From contig CASEOO010000030.1 of NCBI GenBank assembly GCA_949289565.1, forward strand, positions 145,813-209,812: a DNA stretch of 64,000 nucleotides. The letters run 5' to 3'. Positions within the stretch are counted from its first letter, which is position 1; the number at the start of each line of letters is the position of its first letter. This DNA is from an uncultured Bacteroidales bacterium (GTDB lineage Bacteria; Bacteroidota; Bacteroidia; Bacteroidales; UBA932). The position numbers were made by a program, and so were the translations under genes. Below are positions 38,005 through 49,031 of the stretch, one piece after another. The notes under the pieces are model-generated. The model ran no database searches and had not been told where the DNA came from. It saw nothing but the letters and a program-made list of their open reading frames with translations.

Positions 38005-39522
38005 TTATATAAGCGGCTCTCCAGTCATTGCCGCAGGCTGAGGGATGCCCATCAGCTTCAGGATGGTAGGAGCGACGTCTGCGAGTTTCCCGTCTTTCAC
38101 GCTGTCTACTCCGGCGTTGATGACGATGAACTGCACAGTATTCAGCGAGTGCGCGGTGTTTGGAGATCCGTCTTCGTTGTAAGCGTGGTCTGCATTGCCG
38201 TGATCTGCAGTCAGGAGGACGACATAGTCATTGGCGACAGCCGTCTCTACGACTTCTTTCACGCATTTGTCCACTTTGGCTACCGCACGGCAGATGGCAG
38301 AGAATACGCCGGTGTGGCCTACCATGTCTCCGTTCGCGAAGTTCAGGATGACCATATCTTCCTTCCCTGTCTTCAGCACTTCGGTGAGCTTCTCAGTCAC
38401 TTCCTGTGCGCTCATTTCCGGGAGCAGGTCATATGTAGGGACTTTCGGCGAGTTCACCAGGATTCTGTCTTCATTTTCGAACTGGTCCTCGCGGCCTCCG
38501 TTGAAGAAGAAGGTTACATGTGCATATTTTTCAGTTTCGGCGATGCGGAGCTGATGCTTTCCAGCCTTGGCCACAGTCTCTCCGAGGGTGTCCTGTACGT
38601 TCTCCTTGTTGAACAAGATGTGGACTCCGTGGAATTTGTCATCGTATGGAGTGAAGCAGCAGTAGTACAGAGGCAGAGTCTTCATTCCGAAGTCCGGCAT
38701 GTCTTCCTGGGTGAGCACAGCTGTGATTTCACGGGCGCGGTCGTTCCTGAAATTGAAAAATATCACGGCGTCGCCTTCCTGGATGGTGCCCACAGGATTC
38801 CCGTCAGCGCCTGCGATGCATATAGGCTTGATGAATTCGTCTGTCACTCCTTCGTCGTATGAAGCTTGGATGCCTTCTGCGGCGGATGTGAATTTTGCGC
38901 CTTCTCCCTTGACCAGCATGTCATAGGCCAGCTTCACTCTTTCCCATCTCTTGTCGCGGTCCATGGCATAGTAACGTCCGCATATTGACGCCACTTTGCC
39001 TGTGGTCTCGGACATCTTCTTTTCCAGTTCCTCCACGAAGCCTTTCCCGCTTCTCGGGTCTGTGTCGCGCCCGTCCATGAAGCAGTGCACGAAGACTTTT
39101 TCAAGCCCGTACTGCTTCGCAACTGACAGGAATTCATATACGTGAGCCAGCGAGCTGTGCACTCCTCCCATGGATGCGAGCCCCATCAGGTGGAGCTGCT
39201 TCCCGTTCTTGGCGGCGTAGTCGTATACGGCCTTGATTTCAGGGTTGTCGAGCAGTTTGTGGTCTCTGCAGGCCATATTGATTTTCACGAGGTCCTGATA
39301 TACGACTCTGCCCGCGCCCAGGTTCAGATGGCCTACTTCGGAGTTTCCCATCTGGCCGTCAGGAAGACCCACATATTCTCCGCAAGCCTGGAGGTGGCTG
39401 AATGGATATTTGGCTCTCAGGGATTCTATATATGGAGCTCCCTGAGTGTAGATGGCGTTTGTCCAGTTGTGTTTGCCCTCGCCCCATCCGTCGAGGATCA
39501 TGAGAAGAACTTTTCTATTCAT
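38005..39522 (-). CDS. gpmI: 2,3-bisphosphoglycerate-independent phosphoglycerate mutase
   Basis: [64 protein letters not shown]. Confidence 0.97.
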   Translation of the reverse strand: MNRKVLLMILDGWGEGKHNWTNAIYTQGAPYIESLRAKYPFSHLQACGEYVGLPDGQMGNSEVGHLNLGAGRVVYQDLVKINMACRDHKLLDNPEIKAVYDYAAKNGKQLHLMGLASMGGVHSSLAHVYEFLSVAKQYGLEKVFVHCFMDGRDTDPRSGKGFVEELEKKMSETTGKVASICGRYYAMDRDKRWERVKLAYDMLVKGEGAKFTSAAEGIQASYDEGVTDEFIKPICIAGADGNPVGTIQEGDAVIFFNFRNDRAREITAVLTQEDMPDFGMKTLPLYYCCFTPYDDKFHGVHILFNKENVQDTLGETVAKAGKHQLRIAETEKYAHVTFFFNGGREDQFENEDRILVNSPKVPTYDLLPEMSAQEVTEKLTEVLKTGKEDMVILNFANGDMVGHTGVFSAICRAVAKVDKCVKEVVETAVANDYVVLLTADHGNADHAYNEDGSPNTAHSLNTVQFIVINAGVDSVKDGKLADVAPTILKLMGIPQPAAMTGEPLI

Positions 39523-39605
39523 ATTGCAATTTGATGAAATTTCATCGAGTTAATGTATATTTTATTAAATTTGTGACTAATTCGCAAAGATACAAATTTT
39601 TTATT

Positions 39606-41945
39606 ATGGCGGCGAGAAACAGAAGAAACAGAAGCGAGAAGAAAGAGAAAAAAGAAAAGAGGCCTGTTCTGACATTGACCGGAAGGGTCCAGATGACCAG
39701 AGAAGGGTATATTTTTGTCATCGTGGAAGGTGAAGCCGATGATGTGTTTGTGAAAGCGTCGAAGACGAAAGGCGCTCTGAACGGGGATATCGTGAAGGTG
39801 GCTGTGACGAAGGAGAAGGCCGGCGGGCAGAGGCGTGAAGGCATGGTGGTGGAGATTGTGGAGCGTTCGCGGAAGCCTTTTGTGGGAATACTGCATGTGG
39901 TCGGAGATCAGGCCTGGGTGCTTATGGAGAGCCGGGTGATGCCGTATGATATCGTGATACCAGTCATAGGGGCTGCGCCTGTGGGCTTCAAGAAGCGGAA
40001 AGAGCGGCTTGGCAGAGAAGGGAATCCCGAACAGGGCCCTGACAGGACCGGGTTTTTGAAAAAGACCGGGGATGACTCTTTTTCGGTGATAGGCGTATAT
40101 GAAACAGTGGACGGCGTCCGCAGCGAGCTGAAGGCACGTGCAGGCATGAAGGTGGCCGCTCTGGTGGACCACTGGGAGAAGAGCGAGGCCGCCCCTGTAG
40201 GACATCTGGTGGATGTGCTGGGAGAGCCTGGGGAGAATGATACCGAGATGCATGCTATATTGGCTGAATACGCCCTTCCGTACAGGTTCGAGCCTGAGGT
40301 GGAGAATGCCGCGGATGCTATTTCAGACCAGATCACGGCTGAAGACCTGAAAGGCAGAAGAGATTTCAGGGAGGTGACGACATTCACCATCGACCCTGCC
40401 GATGCGAAGGACTTTGACGATGCATTGTCTTTCAGAAAGCTGGAGAACGGGAACTTCGAGGTCGGTGTGCATATCGCCGATGTGACATATTATGTTAAGC
40501 CAGGAAGCATCGTCGATGAAGAGGCGAGGAACAGAGGCACTTCGGTCTATCTGGTGGACCGGACTGTGCCTATGCTTCCGGAAAAGCTGTCGAACAAGCT
40601 GTGCTCTCTCCGCCCGAACGAGGAGAAGCTATGTTTTTCAGCCGTTTTCGAACTGACTCCTCTTGCCCGCGTGGAATCGCAGTGGTTCGGTCGGACGGTC
40701 ATAGAGTCCGACTACAGGTTCGCTTATGAAAACGCCCAGCAGATCATCGAGGCAGGGAAAAAGGCGATGGAAACCGATTTTGTCTTCTCTGCATCCGGTC
40801 AGGAGAAGAAAGTCCCTGACGAGGTGAAAGAAGCGGTGGTGACGCTGAATGCATTGGCCTCCAAACTGAGAAAGAAAAGATTCGCGGCCGGGGCCATCAG
40901 TTTCGAGCGCCCGGAGATGAAGGTGGAAGTGGATGAAAAAGGCCGTCCTGTGAATGTCTATCAGAAGGTCTCCAAAGAAGCGAACTGGCTTATCGAGGAG
41001 TTCATGCTTCTGGCGAACCGCTGCGTGGCTGAGTTTGTGGCCACTAAATGCAAGACTCCGGCTTCGAAAGGCCGCAAGTCCGAGGCCAAGACCTTTGTCT
41101 ACCGTATCCATGACGAGCCGAATCAGGAAAAACTTGAAAATCTCCGCGGTTTTGTAGGCAATTTCGGCTACACTCTCGGCCAGATGAATTCCGGAAAAGA
41201 GATCTCCAAAGAGCTGAACCGCCTCTTCGCCGAGGCCAAGGACAAGCCCGAATTCAATGCCATCGAACTTTTGTCCTTGCGGACAATGGCCAAAGCCTGC
41301 TACAGCACAGACAATATCGGACATTATGGCCTGGCATTCAAATATTACACTCATTTCACCTCCCCTATCAGGCGTTATCCGGATATGATGGTGCACAGGC
41401 TTCTGGCCATGTATCTGGACGGAGTCCAGTCCCAGAAGAAAGAATATTACGAGGGACTGTGCAAGTATGCATCGGAAAGGGAAGTAGTGGCGGCCGATGC
41501 TGAACGCTCAAGCATCAAGTACAAGCTTGTGGAATTCATGCAGGACAAGGTGGGCTATGAGTTCGAAGGCCATATATCGGGCCTTACAGACTGGGGAATG
41601 TATGTGGAAATAGAGCCGACCAAGATAGAAGGCATGGTGGCTTTGCGGGACATAAAGTCGGATTTCTATGAATTCGACGAGGAAAGATACCGTATAGTAG
41701 GGCGCAGCTCCAAGATGGTGTACAATCTGGGCGACCCTGTGAAAATCCGTGTGAAGAAAGCTAATCTGGAGCAGAAGCTTCTGGATTACGAACTGGTGGA
41801 GACCGGTATAGAGGATCGCATTTCAGAGCAGGAGGCGGCCGCCCTGCAGGCGGAACGCGAGGCTCGCAAGGCTGCGCGCAAAGAGAAAATCCGCCGCGAT
41901 ATCAAGGCATCTAAAAAGCGTAAGGCCAGAACGAAAAAACAGTGA
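39606..41945 (+). CDS. rnr: Ribonuclease R
   Basis: TIDPADAKDFDDALS, VHIADV, RGTSVYL, IEEFMLLAN, HFTSPIRRYPD, S1 domain, basic tail; ATG at 39606 preferred. Confidence 0.96.
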   Translation: MAARNRRNRSEKKEKKEKRPVLTLTGRVQMTREGYIFVIVEGEADDVFVKASKTKGALNGDIVKVAVTKEKAGGQRREGMVVEIVERSRKPFVGILHVVGDQAWVLMESRVMPYDIVIPVIGAAPVGFKKRKERLGREGNPEQGPDRTGFLKKTGDDSFSVIGVYETVDGVRSELKARAGMKVAALVDHWEKSEAAPVGHLVDVLGEPGENDTEMHAILAEYALPYRFEPEVENAADAISDQITAEDLKGRRDFREVTTFTIDPADAKDFDDALSFRKLENGNFEVGVHIADVTYYVKPGSIVDEEARNRGTSVYLVDRTVPMLPEKLSNKLCSLRPNEEKLCFSAVFELTPLARVESQWFGRTVIESDYRFAYENAQQIIEAGKKAMETDFVFSASGQEKKVPDEVKEAVVTLNALASKLRKKRFAAGAISFERPEMKVEVDEKGRPVNVYQKVSKEANWLIEEFMLLANRCVAEFVATKCKTPASKGRKSEAKTFVYRIHDEPNQEKLENLRGFVGNFGYTLGQMNSGKEISKELNRLFAEAKDKPEFNAIELLSLRTMAKACYSTDNIGHYGLAFKYYTHFTSPIRRYPDMMVHRLLAMYLDGVQSQKKEYYEGLCKYASEREVVAADAERSSIKYKLVEFMQDKVGYEFEGHISGLTDWGMYVEIEPTKIEGMVALRDIKSDFYEFDEERYRIVGRSSKMVYNLGDPVKIRVKKANLEQKLLDYELVETGIEDRISEQEAAALQAEREARKAARKEKIRRDIKASKKRKARTKKQ

Positions 41946-42012
41946 AAATGTTATTAACCTGAGGCGGTGTTTTGCCGTCTCGTCCAATTGTTCCATTAAA
42001 TCTTTTTTATCT

Positions 42013-42804
42013 ATGAAAACAAAACTTATTTTAGTAGCGGCCGCCGCGCTGATGCTTCAGGGTCTCGCTGTGCCTGCGCTGGCGCAGATCACCACCGGCA
42101 AACCTTCATCGAAAGTCATCCGTACCGGGAACAGGGCGGAAGCTGGTGACTTCGGCCTTTATCTGGGAGCTAATCTGAACCTTTATGACGGATTCGAAGG
42201 CGAGACACAGTTCAAGGCTCTTCCGTTGCTTAACTTCAAGTATATGATGACAGACGAGGCCGAGCTGCGTCTGGGGCTGGAGCTTTACAAGGACTCTGAA
42301 AGGGCCAACGGATCTGTGGAAAACAATTCAAGCTTGATACCTGCCTCTTCACGCACATCTGATTCACGGGCTATGCTCTATCCTGGCTTCGCATGGCATT
42401 TTTCCAGCCGGAATCTTCTGGATGTGTATGTAGGAGCCGAGCTCCCTTTGGGCTGGGACAATTATACACTCGCATCGGAAAGCGGCGCTCCTGACGGTAA
42501 CGGCGTGTCTACTGCCATGGCTAAAACCACAAAACGCACCTTTATAGTGGGCCTTGGCGCATTTATCGGTATGCAGGCATATATAGCTGATCTTCCTCTG
42601 GCCCTGGGCGTGGAGCTGGGCATCAGCTCGAGGTATGACATCGGCACCAAATACAAGCACCAGTCGGAGACGAACGGCTCAGATCCGCAGATCTATTATA
42701 CCACGACTCTGGACCCTGGAGCTGTCCAGTATGACAAGCTGAGAGCCAGGACTGGCGAAATAGTGGGACAGGCCCGCATCACTCTGACTTATTACTTCAA
42801 ATGA
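42013..42804 (+). CDS. Outer-membrane beta-barrel protein
   Basis: Signal peptide ending ALAQ, alternating amphipathic strands, LDVYVGAELPLG, C-terminal ITLTYYFK. Confidence 0.7.
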   Translation: MKTKLILVAAAALMLQGLAVPALAQITTGKPSSKVIRTGNRAEAGDFGLYLGANLNLYDGFEGETQFKALPLLNFKYMMTDEAELRLGLELYKDSERANGSVENNSSLIPASSRTSDSRAMLYPGFAWHFSSRNLLDVYVGAELPLGWDNYTLASESGAPDGNGVSTAMAKTTKRTFIVGLGAFIGMQAYIADLPLALGVELGISSRYDIGTKYKHQSETNGSDPQIYYTTTLDPGAVQYDKLRARTGEIVGQARITLTYYFK

Positions 42805-43232
42805 ATGGGATTATGAAACTATATAGATTCTTGCTGCTGGCTGCAGTCGTTGCCAGTCTGTCAGCCTGCAGCGTTACAAGGCACAGGCCTTATGCCGTGG
42901 AGGACACGCGGCTGAATCTGGCGATGTCGGACCTGGAGTATCTCGGCGAATCGGAGATAAGCGTTGACTACAGGAAGTATGCAGGCTTCATTACAGTGAT
43001 CGACAGCATCAACGGAGTGCCGTATGACGGGGTGGAAATCAAGACTGCCGAGCTGGGCAATGTGCCTGGAGGCATGTATGACAAGCTTCACAGAGCGACG
43101 TATAAAGTCATCGAAGACTATCCTGAAGCCGAGTACTTCATGGTAGTGTCTCAAAACGTTTCCAGGACGCGTCTTTTCCTCGGGAGTGAAGTCAGTGTAA
43201 AAGCTAAAGTAAAAGCGTTCAAAATCAAATGA
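42801..43232 (+). CDS. Small lipoprotein of unknown function (start may be 42813)
   Basis: Lipobox LSAC; overlaps both neighbours by ATGA, suggesting translational coupling. Confidence 0.7.
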   Translation: MNGIMKLYRFLLLAAVVASLSACSVTRHRPYAVEDTRLNLAMSDLEYLGESEISVDYRKYAGFITVIDSINGVPYDGVEIKTAELGNVPGGMYDKLHRATYKVIEDYPEAEYFMVVSQNVSRTRLFLGSEVSVKAKVKAFKIK

Positions 43233-44056
43233 AAAAGTTCCTGATCCTGCTATCCTCTGTCCTGGCGATGATGCCGGGATGCATGTCTGAAAAAGATGCC
43301 TCGGATGTGATTCTGCTTGTCGATCCTTCGTATGTCAAAGCGGCCGAAGGGGATGTCGTCAGATTCAATATCGAGACATGGACTCTCCATGACCATATGG
43401 CATTGCTGGAGATATCGTCATTTGACCAGAAGACAGGGGAGGCAGGATTGGAATCCAGAACATTGGATGCCAGGAAGTATACAGGAGAATTCCTGTACAT
43501 TGTTCCAGAAACAGGGGGAGAAATCTCCAGGGTGGAAATTTCTTTTGAGTCCACAGACAATATGGGCAATACACAGTCTGTCACAGTTTATGTGGACATT
43601 TCGGGTGATGATGCAGCCATGGAAGAGTCCGCCTCTTCGGTGATGATGTATTCCCCGGCTTCAGGAAAACCGGACGGCTTTTCTTTGAAGACACTCCAGA
43701 CGCTGTATGTGTCGGCGTCAGAGAGTGCGGATGTGGATATATATGTGCGAGAGGCAGAGGAGACGGATGATCCTGACCGGATGAGCACTTCGTGGATGTC
43801 CGGGTCCGGACTTCTTTTCTGCAAGATGTCATCGGGCGTGGACTATGCCTCTATCACTCCATCACGTCTGAGGGCACTTTACGAGGCGTCCACTCTTTCT
43901 AAAACCGCAGTGGGCATCCGCCAGGGAGATGTGATATTGGTCGGCACTGACACCTCCCCTCTGGGAATCATTTTGGTGACAGGTGTATATGATGACCCAG
44001 GCACTGAGAACGACCGCTATATCTTCAATATAAAAGTTTTGCCGGACGGCCAATAG
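43229..44056 (+). CDS. Lipoprotein of unknown function (Ig-like N-terminal domain plus C-terminal domain)
   Basis: Lipobox-like MPGC; beta-rich N-terminal domain; coupled to the upstream gene. Confidence 0.65.
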   Translation: MKKFLILLSSVLAMMPGCMSEKDASDVILLVDPSYVKAAEGDVVRFNIETWTLHDHMALLEISSFDQKTGEAGLESRTLDARKYTGEFLYIVPETGGEISRVEISFESTDNMGNTQSVTVYVDISGDDAAMEESASSVMMYSPASGKPDGFSLKTLQTLYVSASESADVDIYVREAEETDDPDRMSTSWMSGSGLLFCKMSSGVDYASITPSRLRALYEASTLSKTAVGIRQGDVILVGTDTSPLGIILVTGVYDDPGTENDRYIFNIKVLPDGQ

Positions 44057-44133
44057 TTCTATATGAAAAAATCTTCGTGACAGGGTTTATAGTGCTTCCA
44101 GGCCGGCGTTGTCAAGAATAGGCTTGAAACGGA

Positions 44134-47100
44134 ATGGGTGTCATAGCGTTCATAGATACGGAAATTGAAGCGAAGCATGGAAAGATTCTGGATGCTGGCG
44201 GCTTCAGGTCTGACGGACGCGAATACCACGGCCGTTCGATGACGGATTTCGCAAATTTTCTGAAAGGGGCGGATTATCTGTGCGGGCACAATGCCATCAA
44301 TCATGATTTAAAATATCTGGAGTCTGCAATCCCTTCTGTCAGCAGAATGAAGGACAGGACGATAGATACACTGTACTGGTCGCCTCTCCTTTTCCCGAGA
44401 AGACCTTATCATGCTCTCCTGAAAGATGACAAGCTTCAGGCTGACGAGCTCAACAATCCTCTTAATGATTCGAAAAAAGCATGTGACTTATTCAATGATG
44501 AAGTTGCTGCTTTTCTGAGGTTGAACGAGAATCTGAAAGAGATTTATTTCCGGTTGCTGGGCTCTGTCTCTGAATTCAAGGCTTTTTTCAGTTTTATGGA
44601 TTATCCAGAATCCGGAAAATCGAATGGCGGCTTTATTTCCAGGATGTTTCCAGGCATGTCTGCGAGAGAAACCGAGCGCCTGATTAAAGAATACCTGGGT
44701 GGCAGGATATGTGCCAATGCAAAGCTGGAGAAATATGTGTTGTCAGAGCCCGTGGCTCTTTCATATGCAGTCGCCATTGTTGATACGATGACTGCTGATC
44801 ATTCGGAACGGTCGCTGACTCCGCCATGGGTGTTGAGGAATTTTCCGGCTGTGGAGCAGATTGTTTTCAGACTCAGGTCTTCCCCGTGCCTGAAAGGATG
44901 CCAGTATTGCCGTGAGGCATCAGACATTCATGCAGGATTGAAAAGATGGTTCGGGTTCAGCTCGTTCAGGACATACGACGGCGAGCCGCTTCAGGAAAAG
45001 GCGGTGAGAGCGGCCATGGAAAACAAGTCCCTGCTGGCAGTGTTCCCTACTGGGGGAGGCAAGTCTCTTACTTTCCAGCTGCCTGCGCTTATGGCAGGGG
45101 AAAATGCATCGGCCCTGACAGTGGTTATTTCTCCGCTCCAGTCTTTGATGAAGGACCAGGTAGATAATCTGGAAACCAAAGGTGTCACTGAGGCCGTGAC
45201 AGTGAACGGTTTGCTGGACCCGATAGAACGGGCCAAGTCGTTTGAACGTGTCGAAAATGGTTCTGCTTCCATTTTGTATATTTCTCCGGAAGCATTGCGC
45301 TCGGTATCGATTGAACGGATATTGCTCAAGCGGAATATCGCCAGATTTGTGATAGATGAAGCTCACTGTTTTTCATCATGGGGGCAGGATTTCCGTGTGG
45401 ATTATCTATATATCGCAGATTTCATCAAGTCGATACAGGAGAAGAAGAATTTGCAGGAAAGCATTCCGGTGTCATGTTTCACTGCCACGGCCAAGCCTCA
45501 GGTCATCGAAGATATCATGTCTTATTTCAAAAGCCATTTATATATTGACCTGGAGCTTTTCACTGCCGCAGTGTCGCGCCCGAATCTTCATTATACCGTA
45601 TTGCCGGAGGCAGATGACACTGAGAAGTATCAGGCACTCCGGAGACTGCTGGAAGGAAATGACTGTCCGGCGATAGTTTATGTGACCAGGACGAAAAAGG
45701 CAGAAGAGATAGCGGAGTATTTGAGGCAGGATGGTTTCCAGGCATGTGCTTATCACGGTAAAATGTCATCAGAAACCAAAATCGCGAACCAGAATGCATT
45801 TATGGACGGAAGTGTCAGGATAATGGTGGCGACTTCTGCATTCGGGATGGGTGTGGACAAGAGCGATGTCGGCCTGGTGGTTCATTTTGAAATTTCAGAT
45901 TCACTGGAAAATTATGTGCAGGAGGCTGGAAGGGCGGGAAGGGATCAGAGTATTGAGGCAGACTGTTATGTGCTTTTCAATGAAGACGACCTGTCCAAGC
46001 ATTTCCTTCTTCTTAACCAGACCAAGATGACCATCAAGGAAATCCGCCAGGTCTGGAAGGCTGTCAAGGATTTGACACGCTTCCGTTCCAGAATTTCCAA
46101 TTCCGCTCTGGAAATAGCGAGGCAGGCCGGATGGGATGACGGCGTCTCGGATATTGAAACCAGGGTAAGGACTGCATTGGCGTCGCTGGAGCAGGCCGGC
46201 TACTTGAAACGTGGCCAGAATATGCCCCGGATTTTTGCTACGGGCATTCTTGCCAGGACTGCGCAGGAGGCGATAGACAAGATAGAGAGTTCTCCAAGGT
46301 TTGATGAAGGCCGGACCAGGGAGCATGCAGTCAGGATAATAAAAATGCTGGTGGCCAGCCGAAGCCGTAAAGGGTCGCCTTTAGATGAGGCAGAGTCTCG
46401 GGTGGACTATATAAGCGATCTGCTTGGGATTCCTAAGAAAGATACAGTGCATGCCATCAATCTGCTGCGCGAAGAAAGGATATTGGCGGATTCAAAGGAT
46501 GTCACTGCGTACTTCTCGAAAGACGACAGTGCCAGGAAGCCGGTGGCCGCGTTAAATTCTTTTGCCGCAGTTGAAAATTTCCTGTCAGGCCAGATAAAGG
46601 ATTGCGATGCCGTCAAGTGGGAGTATAAATGGCTCAATGAAACAGCATCATCGGCCGGAGTGAAGGGAGCGGCAGAGAAGAATGTCAAGACTATATTGAA
46701 TATCTGGGCGATAAATGGCTGGATAAAGAAAAGGTCGCATTCCGGCTCCAAAAATGTGGTAGAGGTCAAGTCTGAAATTCCGGCGGAAAAATTGAAGGAG
46801 CGGATTCAGGAGCGGCAGAAGCTGGCGCTTTTTATCGTGGAATATATTTACGGGCTTGTATCTGCAAATCCGGAAGCCTATGATACAGGATATGTGGATT
46901 TTTCCATTCTGGAATTGAAAGATGCTTATATAAATTCAGCCTTGGATTCTTCATCAGAGATTTCAGCTGATGATGTGGAGGATGCCCTCTTTTATCTTTC
47001 GAGGATCGGAGCTCTCAAGATTGAGGGAGGCTTCATGGTCATATACAATACTATGACTATCGAAAGGCTTGAAATGGACAATAAGAGACAATACAAAATC

Positions 47101-49008
47101 GCAGATTACGAGCGTCTTGAAAAATTCTATGAAAACAAGGTGCAGCAAATCCATATCGTAGGCGAGTATGCCAGGAAGATGATAGATGACTACAAGGATG
47201 CCCTGCAGTTTGTCGAGGATTATTTCCAGATGGGATATCCGTTTTTTCTGTCCAAATATTTCAAGGGCAGGCAGAAAGAAATTTCTGCCAATATCACACC
47301 GGCCAAATTCAGACAGATTTTCGGGGAGCTTTCCCCTTCCCAGCTTAAGATCATAAATGACAAGGATGCAAAATATATAGTAGTCGCAGCTGGCCCGGGA
47401 AGCGGGAAAACACGGGTGCTGGTGCATAAGCTGGCGTCGTTGATGATGCTGGAGGATGTGAAGCATGAACAGCTTCTGATGCTGACTTTTTCACGGGCCG
47501 CTGCCAATGAGTTTAAAACCAGGCTCTATGCCTTGATAGGCAATGCCGCCGCCTTTGTGGAAATCAAGACTTTTCATTCATATTGCTTTGACTTGCTGGG
47601 CAGGGTGGGGAGCGTCGAAAAGTCAGAAGATGTCGTCAGGACAGCAGTTTCGAAAATCAATGCTGGAGAGGTGGATGTCGGCAGGATTACCAAGACTGTC
47701 CTGGTGATAGATGAGGCCCAGGATATGGATTGTGATGAATTTGAGCTGGTGAAAACCTTGATAAAAAACAACGAGGACATGCGTGTCATTGCCGTAGGCG
47801 ATGATGACCAGAATATCTATGAATTCAGGGGCTCCAGTTCGGAATATATGAAGGGGCTTCTGTCGATGCCTGGAGCTGTGAAATATGAACTCGTAGAGAA
47901 TTATCGGAGCAAGAGGAATTTAGTGGAGTTTTCCGATCATTGCGTCCGTCTTGTCAGATCCCGCATGAAAAGCGGGCCGATTCTTCCTAAAAGGGATGGA
48001 AACGGGGTGCTGAAACTGGTGAGGCATTGCGGCCGGAATCTTGAAGTTCCTGTGGTTAGCGGCATTATGTCGGCGAGGCTGGCCGGCACTGTGGCTGTGT
48101 TGACAAGGACGAATGACGAGGCTCTGACAATTGCGGGCCTGCTTATGAGGAATGGCTTGCCGGCTCGTCTTATACAGTCAAATGATGGGTTCAATCTGTC
48201 AAAACTTGCGGAAATCAATTATTTCATGTATATGGCAGGATTCAGAAATGCCGGCCATGTCATAGAAGAACAAGACTGGAACAGGGCAAAGGCAAGAATG
48301 TTTGACAGATATGCCGGCAGTGACAAGCTTGATCTGTGCTGCAGACTGTTCCAGGCCTTCGAAGCTGCAAACCAGAAATCAAAGTATAAGTCGGATTTTG
48401 AAATATTTTTAGCAGAGTCCAGGCTCGAAGACTTCAGTCCTGCGGATTCATCTGCCATCCTGGTTTCCACGATACATAAGGTGAAAGGAAAAGAATTTGA
48501 CAATGTATTCCTGATGCTGGATAATTTTTCACCAGAATCTGATGAATCTTTGCGCCAGCTGTATGTGGCGATGACCAGAGCAAAGGATTGTCTGTATATT
48601 CACCTGAACGGTACATTTCTGGACAGAATTGAGGCCGACGGTATAGAGAGAATATATGACAGGAATATTTATGGGCCTCCTGAGGAAATATCTCTGAATG
48701 CTTCGATGCCTGATGTCTGGCTGAGTGACTTCAGAAGCAGGCAGCTGCCGGTATCTAATCTAAGATGCGGAGACAGGCTTGAGGTGATAGACGGGAAAAT
48801 ATGCGACAAATATGGGACTGAGGTCGTTAAACTCTCAAGTTCAATGCAGGGGAAAGTCCGGAAGGTGGAATCCCGAGGGTATGTCTTGTCTGGGGCGAAT
48901 GTGAATTTTGTTGTCTGGTGGCATGAAGAAAATCAGGAGAAGGATATTATGGTCCTTCTCCCGACTTTGCATTTCGTACTGCGTGGCGGCGGTGGAGAGC
49001 TAAGATAA
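44134..49008 (+). CDS. Multidomain helicase: DEDD exonuclease-like + RecQ (SF2) + UvrD/Rep (SF1)
   Basis: FIDTE, GHN..HD, IDTL; PTGGGKS, DEAHC, TATA, MGVDKSDV, QEAGRAGRD; AGPGSGKT, LTFSRAAA, DEAQD, VGDDDQNIY.FRG, ENYRS, STIHKVKG.EFD, YVAMTRAK. Confidence 0.9.
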   Translation: MGVIAFIDTEIEAKHGKILDAGGFRSDGREYHGRSMTDFANFLKGADYLCGHNAINHDLKYLESAIPSVSRMKDRTIDTLYWSPLLFPRRPYHALLKDDKLQADELNNPLNDSKKACDLFNDEVAAFLRLNENLKEIYFRLLGSVSEFKAFFSFMDYPESGKSNGGFISRMFPGMSARETERLIKEYLGGRICANAKLEKYVLSEPVALSYAVAIVDTMTADHSERSLTPPWVLRNFPAVEQIVFRLRSSPCLKGCQYCREASDIHAGLKRWFGFSSFRTYDGEPLQEKAVRAAMENKSLLAVFPTGGGKSLTFQLPALMAGENASALTVVISPLQSLMKDQVDNLETKGVTEAVTVNGLLDPIERAKSFERVENGSASILYISPEALRSVSIERILLKRNIARFVIDEAHCFSSWGQDFRVDYLYIADFIKSIQEKKNLQESIPVSCFTATAKPQVIEDIMSYFKSHLYIDLELFTAAVSRPNLHYTVLPEADDTEKYQALRRLLEGNDCPAIVYVTRTKKAEEIAEYLRQDGFQACAYHGKMSSETKIANQNAFMDGSVRIMVATSAFGMGVDKSDVGLVVHFEISDSLENYVQEAGRAGRDQSIEADCYVLFNEDDLSKHFLLLNQTKMTIKEIRQVWKAVKDLTRFRSRISNSALEIARQAGWDDGVSDIETRVRTALASLEQAGYLKRGQNMPRIFATGILARTAQEAIDKIESSPRFDEGRTREHAVRIIKMLVASRSRKGSPLDEAESRVDYISDLLGIPKKDTVHAINLLREERILADSKDVTAYFSKDDSARKPVAALNSFAAVENFLSGQIKDCDAVKWEYKWLNETASSAGVKGAAEKNVKTILNIWAINGWIKKRSHSGSKNVVEVKSEIPAEKLKERIQERQKLALFIVEYIYGLVSANPEAYDTGYVDFSILELKDAYINSALDSSSEISADDVEDALFYLSRIGALKIEGGFMVIYNTMTIERLEMDNKRQYKIADYERLEKFYENKVQQIHIVGEYARKMIDDYKDALQFVEDYFQMGYPFFLSKYFKGRQKEISANITPAKFRQIFGELSPSQLKIINDKDAKYIVVAAGPGSGKTRVLVHKLASLMMLEDVKHEQLLMLTFSRAAANEFKTRLYALIGNAAAFVEIKTFHSYCFDLLGRVGSVEKSEDVVRTAVSKINAGEVDVGRITKTVLVIDEAQDMDCDEFELVKTLIKNNEDMRVIAVGDDDQNIYEFRGSSSEYMKGLLSMPGAVKYELVENYRSKRNLVEFSDHCVRLVRSRMKSGPILPKRDGNGVLKLVRHCGRNLEVPVVSGIMSARLAGTVAVLTRTNDEALTIAGLLMRNGLPARLIQSNDGFNLSKLAEINYFMYMAGFRNAGHVIEEQDWNRAKARMFDRYAGSDKLDLCCRLFQAFEAANQKSKYKSDFEIFLAESRLEDFSPADSSAILVSTIHKVKGKEFDNVFLMLDNFSPESDESLRQLYVAMTRAKDCLYIHLNGTFLDRIEADGIERIYDRNIYGPPEEISLNASMPDVWLSDFRSRQLPVSNLRCGDRLEVIDGKICDKYGTEVVKLSSSMQGKVRKVESRGYVLSGANVNFVVWWHEENQEKDIMVLLPTLHFVLRGGGGELR

Positions 49009-49029
49009 ATTGTCACGGACGTGACAATT
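49008..49029. terminator. Short hairpin between convergent helicase and SGNH genes
   Basis: AATTGTCAC-GGAC-GTGACAATT. Confidence 0.55.
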
Positions 49030-49031
49030 AC

